Source of the DNA: an uncultured virus (IMG/VR IMGVR_UViG_3300020048_000034)
Taxonomy: Duplodnaviria; Heunggongvirae; Uroviricota; Caudoviricetes
Strand: one strand, 5' to 3'
IMG/VR virus record: IMGVR_UViG_3300020048_000034
Length of the DNA: 64,000 nucleotides
The position numbers and the translations under genes are program-made. The notes below the pieces were generated by a model. That model saw only the letters and a program-made list of their open reading frames with translations, had not been told where the DNA came from and ran no database searches. This document shows positions 50,620 through 60,376 of this stretch, piece after piece. How positions within the stretch are numbered: position 1 is the first letter of the stretch; the number at the start of each line of letters is the position of its first letter.

Positions 50620-53598
50620 CTATTGTGTTTTTTTAACTTTACTAATTTTTCGTTTAACTGGTTCTTCTACTTTTCTAGTTATTACCGTTGGCTTTTCTTC
50701 CACCCAGTCTGTAGATTCTTTCATAGGAGGAACAATTTTATCTTCTAATTTTTTAGTAGAATATTTTCCAGTAGGTATTACTTTACCATTTTTTATAATA
50801 TATTCTAGGTTCTTTTCTTCTAATTTTTGCATAAGAAGATGATTTTTAATTTCTTTCTGCTCATCTTTATTATGAATATAAATAATAGGTTTATTATTTT
50901 TTAGGTCATGTTCGATAAATATACCAGATTCTTCAAATATTTCATCCAAAGCTTTCTTTAAAAGAGCATTATATTTACCTTCTTCAATTTTTTTTATATT
51001 TGTCTCAAATAATCTCTCATTTTCTGCTTTTTCTCTATCTAATTTTTCCTGTTCTTTCTTAGATAATGCTTTAGTGGGTATGCCACTTTCTTCTAGAGCT
51101 TTTAATGTATCTTCAACAGTATCAGTATCTAAACTATATGCGTCTGGTAAAATAGAAGTAGTTTTCTCAACATCAAATTCATCTTTCTTTAATTGAACAA
51201 TCTTAAATGTATATTCATACATAGTAACTGGTTCAATATCTGGATTATTTTTAGGAACATAATCTATAATTCTTCTTTTAATAGATACTGAAAGTCTATT
51301 TTTAGGAGCTTTTTCTCCTTCTTCAAATTGAAATGGGATACCAAAAACTAAATACACTTCTCTAAGTAGCTTTCTTTCCCATCTATCACTAGGTAATGAT
51401 TTTACACTCTTAGTACTAACAAAAGTTTTACCTCTGTTTGTTTCTGTTGGTGCATTTTCTATAGCTGGTAAAATCTTTTTAGCTTTACTATTTTTATGCT
51501 CTTCAATAGCTTTATTTATTTTTTTAATTTCACGATTAATTTCAAGTTCTTTTTTCTTAATAAATTCTTCTTTCTGTCCATTTTTAACTTCTTCTGTTTC
51601 AAATTCTTTTTCAAACTTATTTAATTCTTTTCTTATATCTTTATCACTTACTTCTCTCTTTTTTAAATCCTTTTCAATTTTATTAGCTTCACTTTTATAA
51701 AGATCATTCCTATAATTAACAAACTCTTCTTCAAATTTCTTCATTTCAGAAATAGTTTGTACATTTTTACCAGTTAGTTTATTTAATTTTAACTGTAATT
51801 TTTCGATACTTATATTATTTTCTTCAATAGAATTTTTTATAAACTGATCCATACTTTCTGGAACATCTAATGGGAATAAAAGTCTTAACCCATTATCTAA
51901 CCAGAACATTTTACCACCTTTATCCTCAGCAAAAATTAATTCAACTCTAGGTGGTGTATGATTTTTAATTATTTGTTGTTTCTTGTTATGATATTCTGAC
52001 TCTAATTTATTTCTTTCTAAAACAAAATCATCCCTAATTCCTTGTTTTACCTGAAATTCACGAAGCGTCAAATGGGCTTCTAAATCTTTTAACTCTTTTT
52101 TTAATGGAAATAACTTATTCTCTAACTCAATAACTTCAACATATTTTTTATAATTATTCATTTGTTCTAAAGTTGGTGCTGGAGCATATCTATCTGATTC
52201 TTTTGCTCTTTCATATTGTATAACTAATTTATAATCCAACGCCATTTTATGTTTTTGGTTTTCTTTTTCTTCCTTATCCTTAGTTGTAATACCCAATATT
52301 TTATAAATTTTTTTATTTTCTATGTTTATATATTTTTGTAAAACTTCAATATCTTTATTTAGTTTTTTGGATTCTTTAGTTTCTTTGAACTTTTCTTCAT
52401 AATTTTTTAATTTTTCTAATTCTTCTTGTACTAATACTTCTTTATCTTGTTTATATTCTTCATCTAAATCTTCTATAGCTATGTCTAGAGAGTCTATTTT
52501 TATCTGTTTTTTATAATTTCTATATTCACTATAAAAAGGTTTTGCTAATTTTAATATTTCATCTCTAGTTTTTACTATTACTTCTTCCTCTGATTCTCCA
52601 TCCATAAATAAATCTAGATTATTTTTATAACTAGTTATCTCTAGTGCTTCCTTAACATCCTTATTATTATTATTTTTAAGACGATAAGAGGAATTTAAAT
52701 CTATTTTTGAAGGTTTTAATTTTGCATTAATGAAATTTATAAAAAAGATATTTTGTTTTCCTAGTCCTACAGAAAAATCAGCAGCAGGCTCTAATGTTTC
52801 TGCATCCATTTTAGGTTTCTCTAAAACTACTGATACAGCTAAAAATGTATCAACAGTTTGACCTACAGTTCCATTTTCATCATCCTTAACTGGTGCATTT
52901 TTAATACTTATATATCTAGTCCATATTATTCCTTTTTTATCTATTCCTTTAAAATTACCTAGACAAACATCTGAATAAACAACTAGAGTATTTTTACTCT
53001 CTAAAATTACCTTATCTGATTGAGTATCAGTTTCCTGATTTTTTCCTTCAGATACATCTATTTTTAAATTTTTAATAGTTTTTTCTAAGTAATGTCTAAT
53101 TCTCTCCATCATAGTATGTTCATAAGTTAAAATAAATGGAACTTCTTTTTCAGATAACTTATGTAATATATCTTTAGCTTCTTGTGCTTTAGCCTCTCGT
53201 TCTATTTCCATTTTTTTTAAAGTTTTTTGTAAATCTTGTACAGAAGATTGATCAAAGTTCTTACCAAAATCTTTCTCAATACTTAATTGTATTGATTTAA
53301 CTAAAGCTATATCTTTATCTACAGTATTTAAAAGATCAGCATTTCTGTATATTCGTTCTGCATAACCTTCTTTATTAAGCTTTTTTACTTTGTCACTAGA
53401 TAAAACAAAAGTCTTTTTTAAATTTTCTATAAGTTTATCAGACTGTTTAAACTTTTCAGTTAACTCTTGTATCTTTTTTCTAAACATCCTTATTTTTGAT
53501 TGAAAATCTTTTTGCTTTGCAGTTGATTTAACTGTGTTTGCTTTTAAATAGACAACAATTGCATCAGAAACTATATCGACTATTGGATCTCTCAACAT
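50620..53598 (-). CDS. 992-aa K/E-rich coiled-coil protein
   Basis: Long ORF, extensive heptad-like charged segments. Confidence 0.7.
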   Translation of the reverse strand: MLRDPIVDIVSDAIVVYLKANTVKSTAKQKDFQSKIRMFRKKIQELTEKFKQSDKLIENLKKTFVLSSDKVKKLNKEGYAERIYRNADLLNTVDKDIALVKSIQLSIEKDFGKNFDQSSVQDLQKTLKKMEIEREAKAQEAKDILHKLSEKEVPFILTYEHTMMERIRHYLEKTIKNLKIDVSEGKNQETDTQSDKVILESKNTLVVYSDVCLGNFKGIDKKGIIWTRYISIKNAPVKDDENGTVGQTVDTFLAVSVVLEKPKMDAETLEPAADFSVGLGKQNIFFINFINAKLKPSKIDLNSSYRLKNNNNKDVKEALEITSYKNNLDLFMDGESEEEVIVKTRDEILKLAKPFYSEYRNYKKQIKIDSLDIAIEDLDEEYKQDKEVLVQEELEKLKNYEEKFKETKESKKLNKDIEVLQKYINIENKKIYKILGITTKDKEEKENQKHKMALDYKLVIQYERAKESDRYAPAPTLEQMNNYKKYVEVIELENKLFPLKKELKDLEAHLTLREFQVKQGIRDDFVLERNKLESEYHNKKQQIIKNHTPPRVELIFAEDKGGKMFWLDNGLRLLFPLDVPESMDQFIKNSIEENNISIEKLQLKLNKLTGKNVQTISEMKKFEEEFVNYRNDLYKSEANKIEKDLKKREVSDKDIRKELNKFEKEFETEEVKNGQKEEFIKKKELEINREIKKINKAIEEHKNSKAKKILPAIENAPTETNRGKTFVSTKSVKSLPSDRWERKLLREVYLVFGIPFQFEEGEKAPKNRLSVSIKRRIIDYVPKNNPDIEPVTMYEYTFKIVQLKKDEFDVEKTTSILPDAYSLDTDTVEDTLKALEESGIPTKALSKKEQEKLDREKAENERLFETNIKKIEEGKYNALLKKALDEIFEESGIFIEHDLKNNKPIIYIHNKDEQKEIKNHLLMQKLEEKNLEYIIKNGKVIPTGKYSTKKLEDKIVPPMKESTDWVEEKPTVITRKVEEPVKRKISKVKKTQ

Positions 53599-53622
53599 AT
53601 TTAATACCTTTCACATTCTCTC

Positions 53623-54618
53623 TTAATTGACAAATACAAAAGAGTGAGTATAGAGCTTATTTATTATTTTTGATGGAAGAATAAAATAGGTTTCAAAATT
53701 TCTACAGAATCTAGCTTGACAAGTATACCCCATTTCTACATTCATTGGATTTAAGTATTCTATTTCAAGTATCCTCCATATATACCCAATATCATCTATT
53801 ATTAAATCTTTAGTACTCAATTCCCCAACATTGCCCAAATTTATAGTTATATTGTTTTGAGGTTCATCTGATATATTCATTTCTCCTGTGTACGAAGTAA
53901 TTACTCTAGGCATATCAGCTTGAATATTTTCAGTACCTACCGCTAGTTGTATAAAAATACAGTACAAACCAGCATTTTGATTTGAACCGTCTTTCATAGA
54001 AACTGAGAAAATGATTTTACTACCAGCTTTAGACAACAAATAACTAGAGGAGAATGGCTTGTTATCTAATAGTAACTCCCATTGCTCTGGCTCTTCTTTC
54101 CACCTAATAGCAACGTTAGCTACCTTATTAAAGTATTTGGGTAATGTTATTTCCCATGAAACTGATTTGATTTTGTTATTAGGCTTGAAATAATAGGGGG
54201 GATCTAAACTTTGCTCTAACGAGGAAGTATGGGGGAGGGTACTATCTAGTGTAATGTGGTGACAACCTACTCTATTATATCCGCCTGCAAAACCAGTACT
54301 AAAACAAATAGGACATTCATCTTTTGTTTCTGTTAATCGTCCATCAAACTTTAAAATAAAATCTGAGAAAAATAAAGCATTATCTTGTTGCTGTTGAACA
54401 AGTTCTATTTTCTTTTTAGTACAACTACATGCTCTTCCACTATTTAATCTTTTGTATAATTCAACAGTCTTAGGATAAAAAGCTAGGGAATTAGATAATT
54501 CTTGTGCTGCTCCTTTTAGAATTCTTTTTGACCTAAGACTTACTTCTGGCACAAGTGCTGAATTCCTAGCTTGCTTTGCCCGTAATTTAGAAAAACCAGA
54601 GAGCTGAGTATGGATCAT
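53623..54618 (-). CDS. putative head-closure/neck-like protein with Cys cluster
   Basis: RACSC...CPICFSTGFAGGY and KDLIID..G..WRI; pattern recalled from large-myovirus neck proteins. Confidence 0.45.
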   Translation of the reverse strand: MIHTQLSGFSKLRAKQARNSALVPEVSLRSKRILKGAAQELSNSLAFYPKTVELYKRLNSGRACSCTKKKIELVQQQQDNALFFSDFILKFDGRLTETKDECPICFSTGFAGGYNRVGCHHITLDSTLPHTSSLEQSLDPPYYFKPNNKIKSVSWEITLPKYFNKVANVAIRWKEEPEQWELLLDNKPFSSSYLLSKAGSKIIFSVSMKDGSNQNAGLYCIFIQLAVGTENIQADMPRVITSYTGEMNISDEPQNNITINLGNVGELSTKDLIIDDIGYIWRILEIEYLNPMNVEMGYTCQARFCRNFETYFILPSKIINKLYTHSFVFVN

Positions 54619-54687
54619 TTAATTCCCTCTTTTTAGTTTTTCCAGTTTTTGCAGCTTAAATCTCTACAACAGTACTGGATTAAATTT

Positions 54688-55008
54688 TTACATTTTGTTC
54701 ATTTGTTTCAGTGTAGCCATTTGGTTAATACCACGTTTTTTGCCTTTATCCGCACGTTTTTTACGTTTTGGTTTGGCAGGTGCTTTAACAGCTTTCTTAG
54801 CTGTGGTTTTCTTAGAAAGTTTTTTAGCATTTTTCTTGAACTTAGGTCCAAGTTTGAAAGCTGTACCTTTCTTAACACCAGCATCAGACCGAGGTTTACG
54901 TTTCTTATAAGGCTTACCACGTTTCGCAGCGGCTTTCTTTAGACGATGATGACGTTTGATCCCTTTAGAGATCGCTTGTTTGTGTTCTGCACTTCCTTTA
55001 GCGGCCAT
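54688..55008 (-). CDS. highly basic H1/protamine-like protein 1
   Basis: K/R/A-rich; HKQAISKGIKRHH and YKKRKPRSD.G motifs; AAGGAG RBS. Confidence 0.75.
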   Translation of the reverse strand: MAAKGSAEHKQAISKGIKRHHRLKKAAAKRGKPYKKRKPRSDAGVKKGTAFKLGPKFKKNAKKLSKKTTAKKAVKAPAKPKRKKRADKGKKRGINQMATLKQMNKM

Positions 55009-55058
55009 TTTAATAATCTCCTTTGTAATAAATTTAACTTATTTTTTGAAGTAAGACT

Positions 55059-55367
55059 TCAAAAACTTTTCAACGTTCTAATATCATTTCTTACTTGATC
55101 CCTTACAGCTTTTACATACTTTTTAGGTGCAGATTTAATTAATCTTCTAATCTTACCTTTTTTAGGACCAGTATCAGTAACTAATGATTTCAAAAATTTT
55201 CTTCCAATCTTTGCGGATCTTCTCCTTCCACTCATATATTTTTTAGGTGCAACTCTTACTCTATGGAGAACAGATCCTTTACGTCGTTTAATGCCAGCAC
55301 CTAGTTTCTTTCTAAGGTGTTTTCTACGTCTGTGATGATGTGATACTGCTTTAGAAGTAGAGTGCAT
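55059..55367 (-). CDS. highly basic protein 2 (MHSTSKA N-terminus)
   Basis: R/K/H-rich; APKKY repeat. Confidence 0.7.
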   Translation of the reverse strand: MHSTSKAVSHHHRRRKHLRKKLGAGIKRRKGSVLHRVRVAPKKYMSGRRRSAKIGRKFLKSLVTDTGPKKGKIRRLIKSAPKKYVKAVRDQVRNDIRTLKSF

Positions 55368-55370
55368 AAT

Positions 55371-55501
55371 TTACCTCTTTTTACGACTAGTAAGTTTATT
55401 GGGACGTAAGTTATAGCTTCTGCTACAGAACGACTAATTGACCGTCTTTTTTTAGTTTTACTTTTATGATGATGTGAAACTGCTTTAGAAGTAGAGTGCA
55501 T
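55371..55501 (-). pseudogene. highly basic protein 3 (MHSTSKA N-terminus), apparent 1-nt frameshift near 55425
   Basis: Shifted frame gives SRSYNLRPNKLTSRKKR-TAA with the same TAAATTATGCACTCT junction seen at 55505. Confidence 0.55.
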
Positions 55502-55504
55502 AAT

Positions 55505-56041
55505 TTACATCCTATGTCTTTTTTTAAGATAGCTTTTGTACTTAGCATGAGTTATACGATTAGAAATTCTATCTTTAATACTAGATCCATGTTTCTTAGC
55601 AGCAGTTTTAAGCCTACTTGACATGCTAGATCCATGTTTCTTAGCAGCAGTTTTAAGTCTACTCATCATTCCAGAAGAACGACTTTTAAGACTTGAACCA
55701 TGCTTTTTAGCGGCATTCATAACTCTTTGTTTAATGCTACTTCCCTGTCTTTTAGCGGCTCGTTTAAGTAAATTACTTTTCCATTTAATATCAGATTTAA
55801 TCTTTTTTAATTTAGAACCATACTTACTACCCGCAGACTTTAATCTACCACTAGCTGACTTTTTCAAACTAGATAAACTTCTTTTCATTACTCCAGCTTT
55901 ATGCAATCCTTTTCTTGTAAGAGAAGTAAGTCTACCTTTTAAACTTTTCTTGTGGTGATTAGTTACTTTTTTGGAAGTAGAATTATGATGTCTTTTTTGT
56001 ACTCTTTGTTTTCGTTTTATAGCTTTAGAAGTAGATCTCAT
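55505..56041 (-). CDS. highly basic protein 4 with AAKKHGSS repeats
   Basis: K/R/S-rich; MRSTSKA N-terminus; GGAGG RBS. Confidence 0.75.
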   Translation of the reverse strand: MRSTSKAIKRKQRVQKRHHNSTSKKVTNHHKKSLKGRLTSLTRKGLHKAGVMKRSLSSLKKSASGRLKSAGSKYGSKLKKIKSDIKWKSNLLKRAAKRQGSSIKQRVMNAAKKHGSSLKSRSSGMMSRLKTAAKKHGSSMSSRLKTAAKKHGSSIKDRISNRITHAKYKSYLKKRHRM

Positions 56042-56073
56042 AAATCCTCCTTTTTTAAATTAAGTTAGAGGAA

Positions 56074-56529
56074 TTATTCGCTCATACTTCTGATAAGTTT
56101 ACGAGTAACTTTTGCGCCTTTAGGCTTACCATGATCTGCACGTTTCTTACGGGGTTTGTAAACTGTACCACGTTTTGCAGCAGCCTTTTTCAAAGCTTTA
56201 ACTCTCTTATGACCCTGTGCAATCTTAGCACCTTTTTCACTCTTATAAACTTTTTTCTTTCGGCCAGGCTTACCAGCAGGTTTCTTTGGTTCACTAGCTT
56301 TTTTAGCTTTCATCTTATTAAAGAAAGCATGTGCAGCTTTCTGTTTTTCAGGTGAATATTCACTTAGTTTTTTCTTTGGCTTACCTTGACCTTTAGGAAT
56401 AGGTTTGTGGCCTTTCTTGAACTGAAATTTCTTTAAAGCTTCTGGCAATTTTTTCTTTGGTTTACCAGCATTGCGTTCTTTTCTAGCCAATCTACGAGCT
56501 TTTTTCATTTTGTATCTTGCAGTAGCCAT
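56074..56529 (-). CDS. highly basic protein 5
   Basis: K-rich; ends KVTRKLIRSMSE. Confidence 0.75.
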   Translation of the reverse strand: MATARYKMKKARRLARKERNAGKPKKKLPEALKKFQFKKGHKPIPKGQGKPKKKLSEYSPEKQKAAHAFFNKMKAKKASEPKKPAGKPGRKKKVYKSEKGAKIAQGHKRVKALKKAAAKRGTVYKPRKKRADHGKPKGAKVTRKLIRSMSE

Positions 56530-56559
56530 TTTAGTTAATCCTTTTTTAAAAGTTAAAAA

Positions 56560-56955
56560 CTATTCACTCATACTTCTGATAAGTTTACGAGTAACTTTAG
56601 GTCCTTTAGCTTTACCAATATCAGATCTAGGTTTACGTTTCTTGTAAACTCTTCCTTCTTTTGCAGCTTTTTTCTTCAACTTGTGGTGACGTTTCATAGC
56701 TTTAGAAATTTTAGCTTTATGTTCATCACTCTTTGGACCAGTCTTTTTCATTTTCTTTAGTTTATACTTCATTGCTTTTTTAGCATCACCAGATTTCATA
56801 GATTTCTTCATTGCTTTACTAATTTTTGTTTTAGTAGCTGAAGACATTTTCCGTTTATGCTTTTTTCTAGCTTTTTTAGCAATCTTTGATCGTGTAGGAT
56901 CAATAGTATGTACTGTCCTTTTACCATCAACAAATTTAGCAACTTTTCTAGCCAT
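56560..56955 (-). CDS. highly basic protein 6 with NUMOD3-like KISKAMK repeats
   Basis: TKTKISKAMKK, HKAKISKAMKR, RKPRSDIG; ends KVTRKLIRSMSE. Confidence 0.75.
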   Translation of the reverse strand: MARKVAKFVDGKRTVHTIDPTRSKIAKKARKKHKRKMSSATKTKISKAMKKSMKSGDAKKAMKYKLKKMKKTGPKSDEHKAKISKAMKRHHKLKKKAAKEGRVYKKRKPRSDIGKAKGPKVTRKLIRSMSE

Positions 56956-56969
56956 AGTAATTACTCCTC

Positions 56970-57194
56970 TTATGTTAAGGAAAATAATTCATCTCCAAAT
57001 TTTCCTTCATCCTCATCTTTTCTAAAAATACCTTTTCTCTCCAATGTTGCTCTAGCTTTTCCAGACTTGTAGGATTGTTTTAGAGCTTTTGAAATTTTCT
57101 GTCTAGTTTTTGTAGTAACTGCTTTTCTATTTCTAGCTGCCTTTTTTCCAGCCCTAACTCGTTTAGGATCTGGTTTCTTAGTTCTTCCTATCAT
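56970..57194 (-). CDS. basic protein 7
   Basis: DP.R.....KA......TRQKISKALKQS.KSG.A, paralogous to the N-terminal half of 56560. Confidence 0.7.
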   Translation of the reverse strand: MIGRTKKPDPKRVRAGKKAARNRKAVTTKTRQKISKALKQSYKSGKARATLERKGIFRKDEDEGKFGDELFSLT

Positions 57195-57201
57195 AATTGC
57201 C

Positions 57202-57857
57202 TCACTTTAATCTATTAGCTGTATTAATAAGCCTATGAATATTAGAGACATCTTGCATATTAGAAGAAATTGATAACATAGTCATAGCAATATTTATTCT
57301 AGCTAACTTAGCTGGATCATCAGTTATTAAAGCTAGTGAACCAATCTGAATTGCCCTAACAGTTATTAAATCTTCTAAGGAGGTATCTTTCTCTTCATCC
57401 ATAATTATCCTCCCTTATAGTGCATATATTACATCATCTAATACTCTATTATTAACTACTAATTTTTCTCCATCTGGAGATAGAAAAACTGTATTGGATT
57501 TACCTCTATAAAATAATTCACATATAGTACCCTTAGCTACTTTTAAATTATTTTCTGAAAGTAAATCTGTTAATAATTTTACATATACTTTATTACTAGC
57601 AACTATTCTAACAGTTTTATATCTCACTTTTCCTCCTCATTCTTCTTATCCTTTTTAAGTTTAACTTCTTTCCAAGAACCGTCTAAAGCCATTCTTTTAA
57701 CAGATAAGATTGAATCTCTAGTATAAGCTAATGTTTGAGGAGTTGGTTTTCCTTGAATTAATATGAAAAAATATTTAATTCCTGAAACATATTCATCTAT
57801 TTTATCTAAAATCTTAGTTGATCCATCGTTAAACGATAGTTTAAGTGTCCTATCCAT
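57202..57857 (-). CDS. three small hypothetical ORFs (57202..57402, 57415..57627, 57624..57857)
   Basis: RBSs; overlapping start/stop. Confidence 0.6.
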
Positions 57858-57880
57858 AATGTTTCCTTTACACTGCTTAG

Positions 57881-58099
57881 TAGAAAATAGCGATAGTAGT
57901 AAAAAATAGCGTTATTATAAGGAAATGATAAAAATAAAGGAATTTAGCTCTGTATTATCATTAATAAGAGGAAATTAAAAATAACAAAATCTTTCCTACT
58001 AATCACTACTAAACTGTAATTGAAAAAAATTTTAAAATTAAATAGCGTATAGCACATATTTTTAAAATCACTATTTTCTACTACTATCGCTATTTTCTA
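57881..58099. mobile_element. 219-bp MITE-like element
   Basis: Terminal inverted repeats TAGAAAATAGCGATAGTAGTA(a/g)AAAATAG (29 bp, 1 mismatch) flanked by CTTAG direct repeats (57876-80, 58100-04); non-coding. Confidence 0.5.
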
Positions 58100-60073
58100 C
58101 TTAGCCAGAATAATAGCTTGGTTATCTTTAACATCTTTATTTATGGTTACTAATTTTCCACCAGCAGAAGAACTAGGATATGCACTAGGTAATTCAGTTT
58201 TCCATGGATCTAGTGTTTCTAATGCTAACAAATGATTATCTGTGACAGTCATATTTGATTCATTATATAGTGTTCCATAACCCTCAGCATAGAATTCTCC
58301 ACCAGTGCAAGAAGAATCTAAAACTATTTCTCCGCCTTTTAAATTTAATTCAATTAAACAGTTCTCTACTGCATTTTTAAATGTTATGATACCACTATTA
58401 ACATCTAATGAAACAATTGTATTTTGGGAATTTTGTAAGTCAATAACTGTATTATCCCCCTCAATAACTAGTTCAACACCAGATAATATATTTCCAGGTT
58501 CAACTGTTATTAAACCCTCTACTCTTCCACCAATTATTTCACCAGAAATATTAGTAACATTACTAATATAACAATTATTAAATAATGTACTTATTCCTGT
58601 CATCCTTCCATAAATGAATAAATTATTAAATGTTACATTATTTAATACTCTATTATTTAAATTAATTTTATCAATTAAAAAAGTTCTAGCTGAATATAAA
58701 ACAAATGTATCTAAATTCTGTGTTAGAGTAATATCTCCAGTTATATGAAAAGCGTTAAATTTATATTTTTCATTAATAATTAACGCATCATCTAAATTAT
58801 TAACTGGATAATTATGAGTACCAACAAGAGGTAAATCTGTACCAGAAACTCCAATTATAGAATTAATACAAACAGCTTCTTTAAATTCAGAAGTAGAGAA
58901 TGTTTTACCTGTACTTCCAATTAAAATATGATTAATTAAAGGTTCATCCCAAACTGCTTCAGCAATATTATCTTTAGATATTAACTCATTTAAAACTTGC
59001 ATATTATTATACATACCAGTTTTAACATGGTTATGAGTAATAATATCCATACATTTACCGATACCAGTTATCCTAAATAATCCGTCAGTCATAGAAAGTA
59101 AATCAGCAAATACGTTACCACTATTTAAATCAATAGTTATAGCTTCTGGTCCACGTTTATTTTTAATCTTAAATGATCCATTAAAATTTCTAATAGCTAA
59201 ACTTTGACCTATTCCACCCATATCAATAAGTGGTAAATCTAATGTAGCATTTAATGCACCACTCCAACAATTAAGAAATGTAGCTTCTGAACCTCCACCT
59301 ATAATAATAACTCCAGGTGCTAAAATACATTCTTCTATAAAACCTGTTATATATAGTAAATCAGAAATCATACAATTCTTTAAAGTAGATTCTCCATCTA
59401 GTACTCCAGTAACAAATGCTTCATAAAATTCACATTTATTAACATTAGCTGAATCTAAAATATGGATAGTAGTTTTAGTTTTGGATTCTCCAATAAATAT
59501 CATACTACTAAAATTTAATGCGTCTTCAATTACTATATTACTAATTATAAAGAAAGTTGTAAAACCTCTATATTTAGCAATTAATAAGGCATCTCGTAAG
59601 TTATTAACTGGTTGTTGTGGTGTTCCAACTGGGTAAGTAGTTCCTACATATTTAGAATTAATATCTACAGTTACTCCCCCATTAAAACTAGCATATTCTA
59701 TTGCTGAGTTACTAGTCATACCAGCACTATTGTTACTTCTAACAGATACTCTATTTACATTTACATAATCACCTACATTAGAATTTGCACCAGTTAGATT
59801 AACTGCATACTGTCCATCTTCGAAAGTTATTGTATAACCATTAGTTATTTCTATAACTCTAGCTAGAATTAGACCACTAACTTGAACCTCTGGATAATGT
59901 ATATGAGTATCTGGAAAAAACATACCATCTTCTGTATCTTCTAATGCTTTTAGTTGAAGTCTAAACCAATTTAAATTTAATTCTCTAATTTCTGTTGGTA
60001 TAGATTGAACTAAGGTAAGATCTTCTTTTGGAATATATATTATCTTTTCTTTCCAATCTATAGTAATAGACAT
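58097..60073 (-). CDS. putative virion fibre/spike protein, two beta-helix-like repeats
   Basis: Duplicated GT..P.GT...PVNNL.DAL.I module; AEAVWDE motif. Confidence 0.55.
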   Translation of the reverse strand: MSITIDWKEKIIYIPKEDLTLVQSIPTEIRELNLNWFRLQLKALEDTEDGMFFPDTHIHYPEVQVSGLILARVIEITNGYTITFEDGQYAVNLTGANSNVGDYVNVNRVSVRSNNSAGMTSNSAIEYASFNGGVTVDINSKYVGTTYPVGTPQQPVNNLRDALLIAKYRGFTTFFIISNIVIEDALNFSSMIFIGESKTKTTIHILDSANVNKCEFYEAFVTGVLDGESTLKNCMISDLLYITGFIEECILAPGVIIIGGGSEATFLNCWSGALNATLDLPLIDMGGIGQSLAIRNFNGSFKIKNKRGPEAITIDLNSGNVFADLLSMTDGLFRITGIGKCMDIITHNHVKTGMYNNMQVLNELISKDNIAEAVWDEPLINHILIGSTGKTFSTSEFKEAVCINSIIGVSGTDLPLVGTHNYPVNNLDDALIINEKYKFNAFHITGDITLTQNLDTFVLYSARTFLIDKINLNNRVLNNVTFNNLFIYGRMTGISTLFNNCYISNVTNISGEIIGGRVEGLITVEPGNILSGVELVIEGDNTVIDLQNSQNTIVSLDVNSGIITFKNAVENCLIELNLKGGEIVLDSSCTGGEFYAEGYGTLYNESNMTVTDNHLLALETLDPWKTELPSAYPSSSAGGKLVTINKDVKDNQAIILAK

Positions 60074-60088
60074 AGTATATTCTCACAA

Positions 60089-60364
60089 TTAAATTTTTTG
60101 GTTTACGGATTTTAACTGGCTTCTTAATACTTGAATTTCTTTACCATATTCTTCTTGGATTCTATTTTGTTCCAATAATGCATTTCTCATTATTTCTTTA
60201 TTAATTTCTAATGCATTTTGGCAATTTATTAATTTAGCATCCCTCATAGCTATTTCAGTTTGCAAAAGTTTAACTTGCTCTTGTAGATTAGAAACAGCTT
60301 CATTAGTTGATTCATGCAACCTTCTCAAACTATTATATTTTTCCTCTAATGTTGCTTCTGACAT
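60089..60364 (-). CDS. coiled-coil protein
   Basis: Continuous heptad pattern. Confidence 0.65.
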   Translation of the reverse strand: MSEATLEEKYNSLRRLHESTNEAVSNLQEQVKLLQTEIAMRDAKLINCQNALEINKEIMRNALLEQNRIQEEYGKEIQVLRSQLKSVNQKI

Positions 60365-60376
60365 TATTTTTCCTCT

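Noticed and set aside
54688..57194. True histone-fold or ribosomal protein genes, or HNH/GIY-YIG homing endonucleases (NUMOD3-like motifs)
   Set aside because: No hydrophobic histone-fold pattern, no recognisable r-protein signature and no nuclease domain accompanies the motifs.
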